DNA from: a bacterium | GTDB taxonomy: Bacteria > Vulcanimicrobiota > Vulcanimicrobiia > Vulcanimicrobiales > Vulcanimicrobiaceae | Direction of reading: 5' to 3' | Assembly: GCA_021794205.1 (NCBI GenBank) | Contig: JAJYRH010000010.1 | Location: 5,566 to 69,565 of the forward strand | Length of the DNA stretch: 64,000 bases | In this document: positions 47,706-58,825 of the stretch, one piece after another | How the letters are laid out: each line of letters begins with the position of its first letter | Numbering within the stretch: position 1 is the stretch's first letter | Program-made: the position numbers and the translations under genes | The notes under the pieces: model-generated | The model's database searches: none | What the model was told of the DNA's origin: nothing | Seen by the model: only the letters and a program-made list of their open reading frames with translations

Positions 47706-49978
47706 ACCCGAACGGCTCGCTGCACCTGCGCGTGCTCGGAGGCGGCCCCGGCGGGCTCTACGCGGCACTGCTTGCGAAGGCGCGCTTTCCCGAATGGCGC
47801 GTCGAACTCGTCGAACGCAATCCGTTCGGTGATACCTTCGGCTGGGGGGTCGTCTTCTCCGACGCAACGCTCGACGGGCTCGCGGTCGCCGATCCGGAGA
47901 GCTTCGCGCGGATCGAGCGCAGCTTCGTGCATTGGGACGATATCGAGATTCACGTTCGCGGCGCGCGCGTTCGCTCGAGCGGGCACGGGTTCGCGGGCAT
48001 CTCGCGCAAACATCTGCTCGCAATCCTTCACGAACGGGCTCTTGCGCTCGGCGTCGAGCTGCGCTATCGCGAACGCGTCGAGGATCTCGATGCTTTTCGC
48101 GCTGGTTGCGATATCGTTATCGCCGCCGACGGCGTCCATTCGTCCACCCGCGATCGCTACGCCTCCGTTTTCCAGCCGACGGTCTCGGGCGGACGTTGCA
48201 AATTCGTCTGGCTGGGAAGCACGATTCCGCTCGATGCGTTCACGTTTTTCTTCAAGCGCACCGAACACGGATGGTTTACGGTTCACGCCTATCGGTTCGA
48301 TGAAAGCACCAGCACCTTCATCGTCGAGTGTCGCGAAGAGACGTGGCGAGCGCACGGCCTCGACCGTGCCGATGCGGCCGCGACGGTTGCGTTCTGCGAG
48401 GCGCTCTTCGCCGAAGAATTGGGCGGCCATCGATTGAGAGTAAACCCCGGGCACCGCCGCGGCAGCGCGTGGATCGATTTTACCTTTGTGGAGAACGAGC
48501 GCTGGTACGACGGCAATCTCGTCCTCGTCGGCGACGCCGCGCATACGGCGCATTTTTCGGTGGGCTCGGGAACGAAGATGGCGATGGAAGATGCCATCGC
48601 GCTCGTCGAGTCCTTCGAGCGTTGCGACCGTCTCGATGAAGCCTTTGCGGGGTACGAGAGCGAGCGGAAACTTGAAGTGCTCAAATTACAGAACGCCGCG
48701 AGAAATTCGACGCGTTGGTTCGAAAATGTCGAGCGCTACGCGCGGCTCGATCCCGAAACCTTCGCCTATAGTCTGCTGACGCGGAGCCAACGGATCGGGC
48801 ACGAAAATCTTCGCGCGCGCGACGCCGCGTACGTCGAGAGCGTGGAGGCGCGCTTCGGCGGTCCTCCGATTCCGCCGATGTTCTCGCCGTTCGCACTGCG
48901 CGGGCTCACGCTGCGCAATCGGGTCGTCCTCTCGCCGATGGATACCTATAGTGCCGTCGACGGCACTCCCAACGATTTCCATCTGGTGCATTATGGAAGC
49001 CGCGCGCTCGGCGGCGCCGGGCTCGTCGTTACCGAGATGACCTGCGTGAGCGCGCAGGGGCGGATCACGCCGGGATGTACCGGCATGTATGCCACGGAGC
49101 ACGTTGCCGCCTGGAAGCGCATCGTTGAATTCGTGCACCAGAACACGCCGGCGAAGATCGCGCTCCAACTCGGGCATTCGGGTCCGAAAGGCTCGACGAA
49201 ATTGATGTGGGAGGGGATGGACGAACCGCTCGAGGAGGGGAACTGGCCGGTCGTCGGGCCCTCGGCGATTCCGTATGCTCCCGGAAACCAGGTTCCACTC
49301 GCACTCGACGAGGCGGGGATGCGCGCGATTCGCGATGCGTTTGTCGCGGCGGTCGATATGGCGATCGAGGCCGGCTTCGATATGCTCGAGCTTCACTGTG
49401 CGCATGGCTACCTGCTCTCGTCCTTCCTTACGCCGCTCCGGAACCGGCGTACCGATCGCTATGGCGGATCGCTGGAAAATCGATTGCGCTTTCCACTCGA
49501 GGTCTTTGAGGCGATTCGCGCGCGTTGGCCCGCCGAGCGCCCGATCTCGGTGCGAATCTCGGCGACCGATTGGTGCGAGGGCGGAAACGACGAACGCGAC
49601 GCGCTCGACATAGCGCGCGCGTTCAAAGCCGCGGGTGCCGATCTCATCGATGTTTCGACCGGTCAGACCGATCCGAAGAGCCGCCCGCGCTTCGGGCGCA
49701 TGTTTCAAGCGCCGTTCGCCGATGCGATTCGCAACGAGGTGGAGATCGCAACGATCGCCGTTGGAAACATCACCGATCACGAGCAGGTGAACGCGCTGAT
49801 CGCAGGAGGGCGCGCCGATCTCGTCGCGCTCGGGCGACCGCATCTCGCCGATCCCTACTGGAGCCTTCACGCGGCGGCCGAACTCGGCTATCGCGATCCG
49901 GGATGGCCGAAACCCTACCTGCCCGGAAAAGAACAACTCGAACGCGCGATCGCGCGCAGACTGGAGCAACCATCATGA
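47702..49978 (+). CDS. Fused FAD monooxygenase + Old-Yellow-Enzyme-type reductase (2-aminobenzoyl-CoA monooxygenase/reductase or salicylyl-CoA 5-hydroxylase type)
   Basis: The N-terminal half has [13 protein letters not shown] and [22 protein letters not shown] (aromatic-ring hydroxylase type). The C-terminal half has [15 protein letters not shown]...[21 protein letters not shown]...[10 protein letters not shown]...[14 protein letters not shown] (OYE/NADH:flavin oxidoreductase type). Confidence 0.8.
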   Translation: MNPNGSLHLRVLGGGPGGLYAALLAKARFPEWRVELVERNPFGDTFGWGVVFSDATLDGLAVADPESFARIERSFVHWDDIEIHVRGARVRSSGHGFAGISRKHLLAILHERALALGVELRYRERVEDLDAFRAGCDIVIAADGVHSSTRDRYASVFQPTVSGGRCKFVWLGSTIPLDAFTFFFKRTEHGWFTVHAYRFDESTSTFIVECREETWRAHGLDRADAAATVAFCEALFAEELGGHRLRVNPGHRRGSAWIDFTFVENERWYDGNLVLVGDAAHTAHFSVGSGTKMAMEDAIALVESFERCDRLDEAFAGYESERKLEVLKLQNAARNSTRWFENVERYARLDPETFAYSLLTRSQRIGHENLRARDAAYVESVEARFGGPPIPPMFSPFALRGLTLRNRVVLSPMDTYSAVDGTPNDFHLVHYGSRALGGAGLVVTEMTCVSAQGRITPGCTGMYATEHVAAWKRIVEFVHQNTPAKIALQLGHSGPKGSTKLMWEGMDEPLEEGNWPVVGPSAIPYAPGNQVPLALDEAGMRAIRDAFVAAVDMAIEAGFDMLELHCAHGYLLSSFLTPLRNRRTDRYGGSLENRLRFPLEVFEAIRARWPAERPISVRISATDWCEGGNDERDALDIARAFKAAGADLIDVSTGQTDPKSRPRFGRMFQAPFADAIRNEVEIATIAVGNITDHEQVNALIAGGRADLVALGRPHLADPYWSLHAAAELGYRDPGWPKPYLPGKEQLERAIARRLEQPS

Positions 49979-50700
49979 ACGGATTCGATCTTCGGGGACG
50001 GCACGTCGTCGTAACCGGTGCGTCGCGAGGCATCGGGCTCGCGATCGCTCGTGCCTGCGCCGAAGCCGGCGCTGCGGTGAGCGGACTGAGCCGCGCCGGT
50101 GCGAGCGAGCCGGGTATCGATGCGATCGCGTGCGATGTCGGCGACGCGGCGAGCGTGGAGCGAGCCTTCGCCATGGCGCGCGAGCGGCACGGAACGATCG
50201 CAATGCTCGTCAATAATGCCGGGATCGCCGCCTCGGCGCCACTGGGGCGCACGAGCGATGAGCTTTGGCAGCAGATCATCGCCACGAATCTCACCGGAAC
50301 GTTTCTCTGTTCGCGCGCCGCTATCGGCGAGATGCGTGCCAACGGTTTCGGGCGCATCGTCAACATTGCATCGATCGCCGGACTCTACGGAGCGCCGTAT
50401 ATCGCCGCCTACTGTGCGAGCAAGCACGGCGTCATCGGGCTGACGCGCGCGCTCGCCGCCGAATTCGCGGGATCGGGGGCTTGCATCGGCGCGATCTGTC
50501 CGGGATATACCGAGACCGATATGATGCAGCAGGCGGTCGATCAGATCGTCGGTCACACCGGCGCGAGCCCGGAAGATGCGCGCGCGCAGCTTGCGGCGAT
50601 GAATCCGAGCGGGCGCATCATCGAGGTCGCAACGGTCGTCCGCGGCGCGATGGAGTTCTTAACCGGAGATCGGAACGGCGAAGAGCTGGTCCTCGCATAG
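49975..50700 (+). CDS. Short-chain dehydrogenase/reductase
   Basis: [17 protein letters not shown] and YCASKHG. ATG 49975 overlaps the preceding stop. Confidence 0.85.
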   Translation: MNGFDLRGRHVVVTGASRGIGLAIARACAEAGAAVSGLSRAGASEPGIDAIACDVGDAASVERAFAMARERHGTIAMLVNNAGIAASAPLGRTSDELWQQIIATNLTGTFLCSRAAIGEMRANGFGRIVNIASIAGLYGAPYIAAYCASKHGVIGLTRALAAEFAGSGACIGAICPGYTETDMMQQAVDQIVGHTGASPEDARAQLAAMNPSGRIIEVATVVRGAMEFLTGDRNGEELVLA

Positions 50701-50812
50701 CGCGGAGCGGAAGGTTCGTCGTCTCGAAGAATATGGCAACGGTGGGGATAGTGAAGAGGTCGCTCTCGCATGGCGGCCCGCGGAGCGAGCGAAAGCCTCG
50801 GTCGGTGATGCG

Positions 50813-51610
50813 ATGATCGAGACCGACGGCCTCGAGCGGTCGCTCGACGGAGGCGTCATGACGCTGACGCTCGCGCGTCCCGAGCGAAAAAATCCGCTGA
50901 CGTTTGAGATCTACGCGGCCTTACGCGACGGTTTCCGGGAGTTAAAAAGCGATCGCAGCGTGCGCGCGGTGGTGCTGCGCGGCGCGGGCGGAAATTTTTG
51001 CTCGGGGGGCGACGTGCGGGAGATCATCGGCCCGCTGGTAGCGATGGAACCCGACGAACGTTTGCAATTTACCGAGATGACCGGTGCCGTCGTAACGGCG
51101 ATGCGCGCGTGCCCGCAGCCGATCGTTGCCGCCGTCGACGGCGTCTGCGCGGGTGCGGGCGCGATCCTCGCGATGGCCTCCGATCTCCGCCTGGGCACCG
51201 CGCGGGCTCGGGTCGCGTTTCTCTTCGTGCTAGTCGGGCTCTCCGGGGCGGATATGGGCGCCTGCGCGATGCTGCCGCGCATTCTCGGGCTGGGCCGAGC
51301 GAGCGAATTGCTCTACACCGGGCGCGAACTCTCCGGGGAGGAAGCGCTCTCGTGGGGGTTCTTCAACCGGCTCTGCACGCCGGAACTGCTCGATGAAGAA
51401 GCGCGATTGTGCGCGCGGGAGATTGCGAACGGACCGACGCGCGCACACGAGGTCACCAAGGCGATGCTCGAGGCGGCACCGGGAATGGAGCTCGGCGAGG
51501 AAATCGCGATGGAAGCGCGCGTTCAAGCCGCGTTGATGGCGAGCGGCGATTTCCGCCGCGCGTACGAGGCCTTCATCGCGAAACGCCGGCCGCATTTCGA
51601 GGGAAATTAA
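50813..51610 (+). CDS. Enoyl-CoA hydratase/isomerase (crotonase) family protein
   Basis: [26 protein letters not shown] and [21 protein letters not shown]. Confidence 0.85.
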   Translation: MIETDGLERSLDGGVMTLTLARPERKNPLTFEIYAALRDGFRELKSDRSVRAVVLRGAGGNFCSGGDVREIIGPLVAMEPDERLQFTEMTGAVVTAMRACPQPIVAAVDGVCAGAGAILAMASDLRLGTARARVAFLFVLVGLSGADMGACAMLPRILGLGRASELLYTGRELSGEEALSWGFFNRLCTPELLDEEARLCAREIANGPTRAHEVTKAMLEAAPGMELGEEIAMEARVQAALMASGDFRRAYEAFIAKRRPHFEGN

Positions 51611-52767
51611 TGCGGCTCGACGCGACCCTCGCCTGGCCGTTTTTCGATCGCGCGCATCGCGAGCAGGCCGAGGCATTCGAGCGGTGGCTCGACGCCGTGC
51701 CGCGCGAGCGTTTTAATGACGATGGGATCGACGATGCCTCCGTCGCCGCGCGGACGCGCTCGTGGGCGCGAGAGCTCGGAGCGGGCGGTTGGCTCGCGCC
51801 CTGCGAACGCCTCGACGTTCGCGCGATCGCGCTCTCGCGCGAACAGCTCGCCTATCGCAGTGCGATCGCGGATTTTGCATTCGCGATGCAAGGGCTGGGT
51901 AGCGGAGCGATCTCGCTTTTTGGAACGACGGCGCAGCGCGAACGCGTTTTGCCGGGCATCTTTGCCGGAACCTCGCTCGCGGCGTTCGCACTCTCGGAGG
52001 AGCGCGCGGGCTCCGACGTAGCGGCGCTGACGACGCGCGCGCACCGAAGCGGCGATGGGTACGAAATCACCGGCGAGAAATGCTGGATCAGCAACGCCGG
52101 TATCGCCGATGCGTACGTGCTCTTCGCACGCACCGGCGATCACCCGACGAAGGGATTGAGCGCGTTCATCGTAGAGGCCGGGCGACCGGGCATCGTGCAA
52201 ACGCGGTCGATTCAAACGATCTCTCCGCATCCCTTAGGGGCGCTGCGTTTCTCGGGCGTGCGGGTCGGCGCGGACGCGCTGCTGGGGAACGAAGGGGACG
52301 GCTTTCGGATTGCAATGGCGACGCTCGATCTCTTTCGGACCACCGTCGGCGCGGCGGCGCTCGGGTTCGCGCGACGCGCCTTCGACGAGTCGCGAAGGCA
52401 CGTCATGCAGCGCGAAATATATGGAGCGAAACTCGCCGATCTCCAACTCGTATCGGGAACGATCGCCGAGATGGCGACCGAGATCGATGCCGCGGCGCTG
52501 TTGGTCTATCGAGCAGCTTATACGAAAGACGCGGGAGCGGAACGGGTCACTCGGGAGGCGGCGATGGCAAAATGGTATGCGACCGAGGCAGCCGGCCGCG
52601 TCTGCGACCGAGCGGTGCAACTCTTCGGCGGGCGCGGTGTGACGCGAGGAGAGATCGTCGAGCGGCTCTATCGAGACGTTCGCGCGCTGCGTATTTACGA
52701 AGGAGCCAGCGAAGTGCAACAAATCGTTATCGCTCGTAGCCTCTTCAATGAGGCTTCGCGTGGCTGA
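51610..52767 (+). CDS. Acyl-CoA dehydrogenase family protein
   Basis: [26 protein letters not shown], and a catalytic-base region [17 protein letters not shown] 51610 overlaps the preceding stop (TAATG). Confidence 0.85.
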   Translation: MRLDATLAWPFFDRAHREQAEAFERWLDAVPRERFNDDGIDDASVAARTRSWARELGAGGWLAPCERLDVRAIALSREQLAYRSAIADFAFAMQGLGSGAISLFGTTAQRERVLPGIFAGTSLAAFALSEERAGSDVAALTTRAHRSGDGYEITGEKCWISNAGIADAYVLFARTGDHPTKGLSAFIVEAGRPGIVQTRSIQTISPHPLGALRFSGVRVGADALLGNEGDGFRIAMATLDLFRTTVGAAALGFARRAFDESRRHVMQREIYGAKLADLQLVSGTIAEMATEIDAAALLVYRAAYTKDAGAERVTREAAMAKWYATEAAGRVCDRAVQLFGGRGVTRGEIVERLYRDVRALRIYEGASEVQQIVIARSLFNEASRG

Positions 52768-54376
52768 GAGCGCGCATCTCGACACCTTCGCTCGCGACCG
52801 GCTTCCCGCCGAGGCTTTGCTTCCGCGCTTCGCCTTCACGCTGCCGCGCATGCGCTATCCCGACCGGATCAACGCCGCATGGTATTTTCTCGATCGTCAT
52901 ATTGAAGAGGGGCGCGGAGATCGTCCCTGTGCGATTGCCGAAGACGGCACGACCTACAGCTATCGGGAGATGATGGAGTGGGCGAATCGGATCGCTCGCG
53001 TTCTCGTCGAAGATTTCGCGCTGGTGACCGGAAATCGCGTTTTGCTGCGCTCGGCGAATACGCCGACGTTGCTCGCGTGTTGGTTCGCGGTTCTCAAGGC
53101 CGGAGGCATCGTCGTGACGACGATGCCCCTCTATCGCACGCAGGAACTGCAGACCGTGAGCGAACGCGCTCGCGTTGCGATCGCGCTCTGCGACGCTCGC
53201 CTCGCGGAGGAGCTCGAACGCGCACGCGCATCCCGGCCCGAGATGACGATATGCTATTGGGGCGACGGAAGCGACGAGTCGCTCGAACGTCGCGCCGCGC
53301 ACAAGAGGCCGAATTTCGAGAACGTTGCGACCGCCGCGGAGGACGTCGCGTTGATCGCTTTTACCTCCGGGACGACCGGGCTTCCCAAAGCGGCGATGCA
53401 CGTCCATCGCGATCTTCTCGCTACCTGCGACAGTTTCGGCGCGGAGGTGCTCAAAGCCGATCCGGAGGATCGTTTTAGCGGCTCGCCGCCGCTCGCATTT
53501 ACCTACGGTCTCGGCGGGATACTCTTATTCCCGTTCGCTATCGGAGCATCGACCGTGCTTCTGGAACGCGCGGGGACCGAAGAACTCGCAGCGGCGATCG
53601 AACGCCACCAGATCAGCGTGCTCTTTACCGCACCGATTGCGTATCGTGCGTTGACGTCGCATGCGTCGAAGCGCGACTGGTCGAGCTTGCGCATCTGCGT
53701 CTCGGCCGGCGAGACCCTTCCGGGCGTCGTTTGGGAAGCGTGGCGTGCCGCGACCGGAATCTCGATCGTCGACGGGATCGGCAGCACCGAGATGCTGCAT
53801 ATTTTTATCGCCTCACCGGCCGACGCGACGCGCGCCGGATCGACCGGGCGCGTCGTGCCGGGGTATGTCGCGCAGATTCACGACGAGTTCGGTAATGAGG
53901 TGCCCGCCGGGACGGTCGGTCGACTCGCGGTATACGGGCCGACCGGATGTCGCTATCTCGATGACGAGCGGCAGCGCACCTACGTTCGGAACGGGTGGAA
54001 CTATCCCGGCGACGCCTATTCGGTCGACGGCGACGGGTATTTCACCTACGTCGCTCGCGCCGACGATATGATCGTTTCAGCGGGGTTTAACGTCTCGGGC
54101 CCGGAGGTGGAGCAGGCGCTCTTGCTTCACGCCGACGTTCTCGAATGCGCCGTCGTCGGGAAACCCGATCCGGCCCACCACACAACGATGGTGAAAGCGT
54201 TCGTCGTACTGCGCGCTGGTCGTAACGGCGACGACGCATGCATTGCCGAATTGATCGAGCACTGCAAGGCGACGATCGCTCCTTTTAAGGCGCCGCGCGA
54301 GATTGAAATTATCGATGCGCTTCCGCGAACGGCGACGGGGAAGCTGCAGCGCTACAAACTTCGCGAGCGTTCCTAG
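52748..54376 (+). CDS. AMP-dependent aromatic acid-CoA ligase (benzoate / 2-aminobenzoate-CoA ligase family)
   Basis: AMP-binding motif [23 protein letters not shown], and a C-terminal [14 protein letters not shown]. The N-terminal [10 protein letters not shown] is typical of this subfamily. Confidence 0.85.
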   Translation: MRLRVAESAHLDTFARDRLPAEALLPRFAFTLPRMRYPDRINAAWYFLDRHIEEGRGDRPCAIAEDGTTYSYREMMEWANRIARVLVEDFALVTGNRVLLRSANTPTLLACWFAVLKAGGIVVTTMPLYRTQELQTVSERARVAIALCDARLAEELERARASRPEMTICYWGDGSDESLERRAAHKRPNFENVATAAEDVALIAFTSGTTGLPKAAMHVHRDLLATCDSFGAEVLKADPEDRFSGSPPLAFTYGLGGILLFPFAIGASTVLLERAGTEELAAAIERHQISVLFTAPIAYRALTSHASKRDWSSLRICVSAGETLPGVVWEAWRAATGISIVDGIGSTEMLHIFIASPADATRAGSTGRVVPGYVAQIHDEFGNEVPAGTVGRLAVYGPTGCRYLDDERQRTYVRNGWNYPGDAYSVDGDGYFTYVARADDMIVSAGFNVSGPEVEQALLLHADVLECAVVGKPDPAHHTTMVKAFVVLRAGRNGDDACIAELIEHCKATIAPFKAPREIEIIDALPRTATGKLQRYKLRERS

Positions 54377-54400
54377 GAGCCGGCCTGAAGCATTCGGGAA

Positions 54401-54805
54401 CTACTGGTCGAGCGCGGGAAGGATCGCCGTCGCTTCGATTTCCAACCGCGCACCCTCTTCGAGCAGTCCGGCAACGACGATCAACGTCATCGCCGGAAAA
54501 TGGCTGCCGAAAATCTCCCGATAGGCTGCGCCGAGCGCTTTTGCGTTCGCCCGATACTCGGCAGCGTCGAGCACGTACCAGGTCATTCGCACGAGATGCT
54601 CGGGATCTCCGCCGGCGGCGCGCAGCACGTCGGCGACGTTGCGCAGCGCTTGGGCGGCTTGCGCGAGGAAATCGTCGGAGACGAGATGCTGCCGCGCGTC
54701 CCAGCCGACCTGTCCGGCGATGGCGAGCATCCGTCCCGACGCGAGCATGGCGTTTGCATAGCCGCTCGGCGGCGCCCATCCATCGGGTTCGATCCGCTCG
54801 CTCAT
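54401..54805 (-). CDS. RidA/YjgF-family reactive-intermediate (enamine/imine) deaminase
   Basis: 134 aa with the typical RidA fold pattern (LAIAGQVG ... NVADVLRAAGG ... VRMTWYV ... ARLEIEATA). Confidence 0.85.
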   Translation of the reverse strand: MSERIEPDGWAPPSGYANAMLASGRMLAIAGQVGWDARQHLVSDDFLAQAAQALRNVADVLRAAGGDPEHLVRMTWYVLDAAEYRANAKALGAAYREIFGSHFPAMTLIVVAGLLEEGARLEIEATAILPALDQ

Positions 54806-56274
54806 GCAATCTCACTTTGCGGCGAGCGAACGCGCAGGAGCGCGGTGGCGACGAGCGCGACCCCGAGATTGATCGCCACGGCATAGATCGCGATAAATCC
54901 GACCAGCGTCCACGAGCCGACGTGCAGCGCGATGTTCGGCGAGAAGCCGTCGACGAGCGCGAAGGAGGTTGCCGCGATCATGCCGGCGAGCCAGCCCGCG
55001 AGCAACGCCCGCGCTGGGAGCGAGCGTTCGCCGAGGCCGAAGAATATCGCGGGCGCGGTTTGGAGCACCCACGCTCCGCCGAGCAGTTGAAAGTAGATGG
55101 CGAATTTTACGTTTACGAAGAGCACCAGAACCAATGAAAGCGCGCAGAACGCGAGCGTCAACCATTTCGTGCTCTTCGCATCGCGGCTCGGTGTGCGCCC
55201 CGAGAGCGGCGAAACGACGTTGCGAAGGAAGAGATTCGCCGCGCCGAGCGCCATGATCGAGGCCGGCACGAGCGCGCCGATCACGATCGTGGCATCGGCG
55301 AGCCCCGCGAACCACGGTGGGAAAAATCGAGCGAAGAGAATCGGCACGATTTCGTTCGGAGGTGCGTGGATGCCGGCGGCGAGGGCGGCGAAACCGAGGA
55401 GTGCGATGATGCCGAGCAAGATCGAATAGAGTGGAAGGAGCGCGGCGTTGCGCCGCACGACATCGGCGCTGCGAGCGGAGAGCAACGACGTAATGGCGTG
55501 TGGGTACAGAAAGAGCGAGAACGCCGAGCCGAGCGCGAGAGTCGCGTAGGCAAACTGCATCTGCGGTGCGACGAGCAGCGGGAACGGGTGCAGCGGGCTC
55601 GCCAGCGCGCGATCGGCGGCGGTGAAGATGGCGCGCCATCCGCCGAGTGCGTGCGGGATGACGACGATGGCGGCGGCGATCGTGAGATAGATCAGGATGT
55701 CTTTGAAGACCGCGATCGTTGCCGGTGCGCGCAGCCCGCCGATATAGGTGTACGCCGCGAGTAACGTAAAGGCGACGGCGAGCGGCATCGCACCGCCGCC
55801 GATGGCGAAGATGCCGCCGAGTTGGGCGAGGACGGCTTTCATACCGACGATCTGCAGCGCGATATAAGGGAGCGCGGCGAGGACGCCGGTCGCGGCGATC
55901 GCGAGTTCGAGCGAACGGCTCCGATAGCGGCCGCGGACGAAATCGCCGGCGGTCATGTATCCGCGTTCGTGAGCGATGCTCCAAAAACGCGCGAGGAGAA
56001 GAAAGACGATGGGATAGGCGATCGTCGCGTAGGGGACGGCGAAAAAACCGAGAGCGCCGACGCCGTAGACGAGCGCCGGGAGCGCGATGAAGGTGTAGGC
56101 GGTATAGAGATCGCCGCCGAGGAGAAACCAGGAGAGAATGGTGCCGAAGCGGCGCCCGCCAAGCGCCCATTCATCGAGGGCGCGCAGGTCGCCGCCTTTG
56201 CGGCGCGCGGCGGTGAATCCGAGCGCGCTGGCAACGAGCACGAGCGCGACGAAGACCGAAGCGGTGAGGCTCAT
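54802..56274 (-). CDS. Sodium:solute symporter family (SSF) transporter, paralog 2
   Basis: This is the last 490 codons of the 927-aa track ORF, starting MSLTASVFVALVLV. GGRRFGTILSWFLLGGDLYTAYTFIALPAL matches paralog 1. Confidence 0.85.
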   Translation of the reverse strand: MSLTASVFVALVLVASALGFTAARRKGGDLRALDEWALGGRRFGTILSWFLLGGDLYTAYTFIALPALVYGVGALGFFAVPYATIAYPIVFLLLARFWSIAHERGYMTAGDFVRGRYRSRSLELAIAATGVLAALPYIALQIVGMKAVLAQLGGIFAIGGGAMPLAVAFTLLAAYTYIGGLRAPATIAVFKDILIYLTIAAAIVVIPHALGGWRAIFTAADRALASPLHPFPLLVAPQMQFAYATLALGSAFSLFLYPHAITSLLSARSADVVRRNAALLPLYSILLGIIALLGFAALAAGIHAPPNEIVPILFARFFPPWFAGLADATIVIGALVPASIMALGAANLFLRNVVSPLSGRTPSRDAKSTKWLTLAFCALSLVLVLFVNVKFAIYFQLLGGAWVLQTAPAIFFGLGERSLPARALLAGWLAGMIAATSFALVDGFSPNIALHVGSWTLVGFIAIYAVAINLGVALVATALLRVRSPQSEIA

Positions 56275-56465
56275 CGGGCGCGCTCGCGCGTTGCGAGATA
56301 GACGATGCCGAGTAGCACGGCGGTCAGCACGACCCACGCTAGCTGGTACCAGTAGAAAAATGGGATTCCGTTCCAGCGCGGATCGATCCGATCGTAGAGC
56401 GGAACGTCCAGCAAGGCGATGAACGGTAACGCGAGGAGCCAATACCATGCGCGGCGAGCCATCAC
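56271..56465 (-). CDS. Small DUF3311-like membrane protein, paralog 2
   Basis: 64 aa with two TM segments and an IPFFYWYQLAWVVL motif. Its stop overlaps the SSF start. Confidence 0.65.
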   Translation of the reverse strand: MMARRAWYWLLALPFIALLDVPLYDRIDPRWNGIPFFYWYQLAWVVLTAVLLGIVYLATRERAR

Positions 56466-56480
56466 GGCGGCGCCTTCGCG

Positions 56481-57413
56481 CTAATGCTCGATATCTCCGG
56501 CTCGCTGTGCCCAAGCCTCCGCAACGGAGAGATGCCCGAGCAGAGTGGCGACGGCGAGCCCGACGAGTGAGATCGCGGCGCCGAGCAGCTGGTGAGGTTG
56601 GAAGTGCGCGTGGAGCATCGGAATCGAGAGTGCGCCGGAAACGATGGGGACCAAGAAACTGAAGAGCGCGACGCGCGCCGCGCCGATCCGCGCGATGCCC
56701 GTACTCCAGACGGGGTAGGTGAGGACGATGGGAAAGACGACCGCGAATGCAAAGACCTCCCAGACCACCGGCGGCCAGAGCGTGGGCGGGTCGGCGACGA
56801 GCGCGGGAATCCCGGCCGGTAAAATCATCGCCGTGCCGATGAGCAATGTGGCGGCGAGGAGCGCGACGGGATGATAGCGCGGAGCCAAACGCGCGCTGAT
56901 GACGTTGAACCCGGCGAAGGTCATCGCCGCGAGCAGCGTCAGTGCGTCGCCGATACGGAAGGTTGCGTGCCCGGCGAAGGCGCCTTCGAAGACCGCGATG
57001 CCAAGCAGGGCGATGCCCGCGCCGATCCACCGCGTGCTGCGCACGCGCTCCCACCCGAGGGCGACGAGATAGATCATGGTAAAGATCGGCGTGCTGCTTC
57101 CGAGCAGCGACGATGCAAATGCCGTCGTGTGGGCGAGGCCGATGACCCAAAAGTATTGATAGATGCCGAATCCACACGCTCCGCTTGCGAGCAAGAGCAG
57201 CCAATCGCGACGTTCGAAGCTCAGGCGGGCGCCGGAGAGCCGAACCCACAACAACGCGAGCGGTGCCATCGTTGAAAAACGCAGCGCCGTAAATGCGAGT
57301 GCGTCGACGTGCGAGACGGCGATTTTGACGAGCACGGTGTTCAACCCCCAAACGAACACGACGTACAGCAGGCCGAGATAGGTCGGCAGGCGCTTTTCCA
57401 CGGTAGCGCGCAT
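56481..57413 (-). CDS. EamA/DMT-family transporter
   Basis: 310 aa, ~10 TM segments, duplicated EamA pattern (VVFVWGLNTVLVKIA ... ALTFTALRF). Confidence 0.8.
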   Translation of the reverse strand: MRATVEKRLPTYLGLLYVVFVWGLNTVLVKIAVSHVDALAFTALRFSTMAPLALLWVRLSGARLSFERRDWLLLLASGACGFGIYQYFWVIGLAHTTAFASSLLGSSTPIFTMIYLVALGWERVRSTRWIGAGIALLGIAVFEGAFAGHATFRIGDALTLLAAMTFAGFNVISARLAPRYHPVALLAATLLIGTAMILPAGIPALVADPPTLWPPVVWEVFAFAVVFPIVLTYPVWSTGIARIGAARVALFSFLVPIVSGALSIPMLHAHFQPHQLLGAAISLVGLAVATLLGHLSVAEAWAQRAGDIEH

Positions 57414-57424
57414 AATTCGTCACC

Positions 57425-58210
57425 ATGCACCAGGTATCCGGCGAGAGTATCGAACGCGATGGTACCGGCCTTTGGCTGGAACGTATGGGAGAGGGAACTC
57501 GGCATCTGCTCTTCGCGCACGGCTGGATCAGTTCGCGTCGCATGTGGGACGCCTCGGTCGAGCGACTCGATCTGCGGCGGTACACGATCCACCGTTTCGA
57601 CGCTCGCGGATGCGGCCGCAGCGACCGCCCCGCCGAGGGACATTCGCTCGAAGGCTACGCCGCCGATTACGAAGCGATCCTGACGCATATCGGCGTGCCG
57701 GTAACGCTGGTCGCGCATTCGATGGGTGGACGCGTCGGCCAATATCTCGCCGCTCGCGCTCATCCGCTCATCGAACGGATGCTCCTCGTCGCGCCGGGTT
57801 CGGCGCGCGGATCGCGTGGAAACCAACGCCATCGCGACCTCGCGCTCGAGGCCTTCGGTTCCCGCAAGCGGATCGCGCGATTCGTTGCGGGTGCGATGCG
57901 GCGCCCCATCGATGACGCGATGCGCGACGTGCTGATCGACGACGCCCTCATCGCCTCGCGCGAACACTGGTTCGGCTGGTACGATGCCGGGCGCGCGCTC
58001 GATTTTCGCGACGAGCTCGGCGCCATCGCTATTCCGACGCTCGTCCTCGCCGGTGCGAGCGATCCGCTCGCGAGCCTTCCGCGGTTGCGAACCGACGTTG
58101 CGGATCGAATCGCCGGGAGTATTTTCGTCGTCTTGCGCGATTGCGGGCACAACATTCCCATCGAGGCACCCGCGGAACTCGCCGGCGCGATCGACCGTTT
58201 CGTGCCGTAA
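57425..58210 (+). CDS. Alpha/beta-fold hydrolase
   Basis: HLLFAHGW, the nucleophile elbow VAHSMGG, and a C-terminal CGHNIPIE. Confidence 0.8.
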   Translation: MHQVSGESIERDGTGLWLERMGEGTRHLLFAHGWISSRRMWDASVERLDLRRYTIHRFDARGCGRSDRPAEGHSLEGYAADYEAILTHIGVPVTLVAHSMGGRVGQYLAARAHPLIERMLLVAPGSARGSRGNQRHRDLALEAFGSRKRIARFVAGAMRRPIDDAMRDVLIDDALIASREHWFGWYDAGRALDFRDELGAIAIPTLVLAGASDPLASLPRLRTDVADRIAGSIFVVLRDCGHNIPIEAPAELAGAIDRFVP

Positions 58211-58216
58211 CGGAGC

Positions 58217-58825
58217 TTATTGCGGCCAGGGCGCGGCGCTCGCCGGCGCCGCCGTCGAGCTCCGCCAAATGTTGCCGGGCATGCTCGCGCCGCTCGTGAC
58301 GTTCTCGTAGCGCACGTCAACCAGCGTCCCGGCCGCCGTCGAGCTCGGTGCGAGTCCCGAACTCTCCGCATCGCCTTCGTAACTCGCGTAGGGTGGCCGC
58401 GCAAAGGTTCGTAGGAGGGCGGTGCGATTCGCAATGACGAGGATGCTTCCGGCGGAGTCGGTGATGACGCTTCGCAGCGAGATCGCGACGCGCGCTTCAT
58501 CGACGCTGGCGTTATCTTGGAGAATCGCGCCCGCGCCGCTCGCTTGCAGGGAGATCGTCGTCGTGGCGCGCAGGGCGCACGCGTTCGCTCCGATCGCCGT
58601 GCAGCCGAGGATCGGCGCGATCGCTGCGAGTGGATCGCTGCCCAATGCGATTCGAGAAGCGACGATCTGCTGCACGACGACCGGCGCCGCACCGAGCGCG
58701 TCGCGCGCGGTGTCGCGTGCGGCGTGAAGCGATGCCGAACGCGCGAGCGAGAGCGCGAGTGCGGCGAAACTTTGGGCGATCGCCGCAGCGATCGCGGCGA
58801 AAAAAAGTGCGCGAAGGATCGTCAC
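58217..58825 (-). CDS. Membrane-anchored hypothetical protein downstream of a pseudopilin gene
   Basis: 202 aa with an N-terminal hydrophobic helix (ILRALFFAAIAAAIAQSFAALAL). Its start overlaps the stop of the upstream pseudopilin-like gene. No family recognised. Confidence 0.4.
   Translation of the reverse strand: MTILRALFFAAIAAAIAQSFAALALSLARSASLHAARDTARDALGAAPVVVQQIVASRIALGSDPLAAIAPILGCTAIGANACALRATTTISLQASGAGAILQDNASVDEARVAISLRSVITDSAGSILVIANRTALLRTFARPPYASYEGDAESSGLAPSSTAAGTLVDVRYENVTSGASMPGNIWRSSTAAPASAAPWPQ

Noticed and set aside
45963-48023. Upstream two-thirds of the 1181-aa minus-strand ORF (44478..48023)
   Set aside because: Only the last 494 codons (the SSF transporter) look like a protein. 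The remainder is Arg-rich antisense of the CrtI-like and monooxygenase genes, which have clear motifs on the plus strand.
56275-57585. Upstream part of the 927-aa minus-strand ORF (54802..57585), and the parallel 452-aa ORF 54812..56170
   Set aside because: These are wrong-frame or read-through artefacts of GC-rich DNA. The real genes here are the SSF paralog, the DUF3311 partner and the EamA transporter in other frames.
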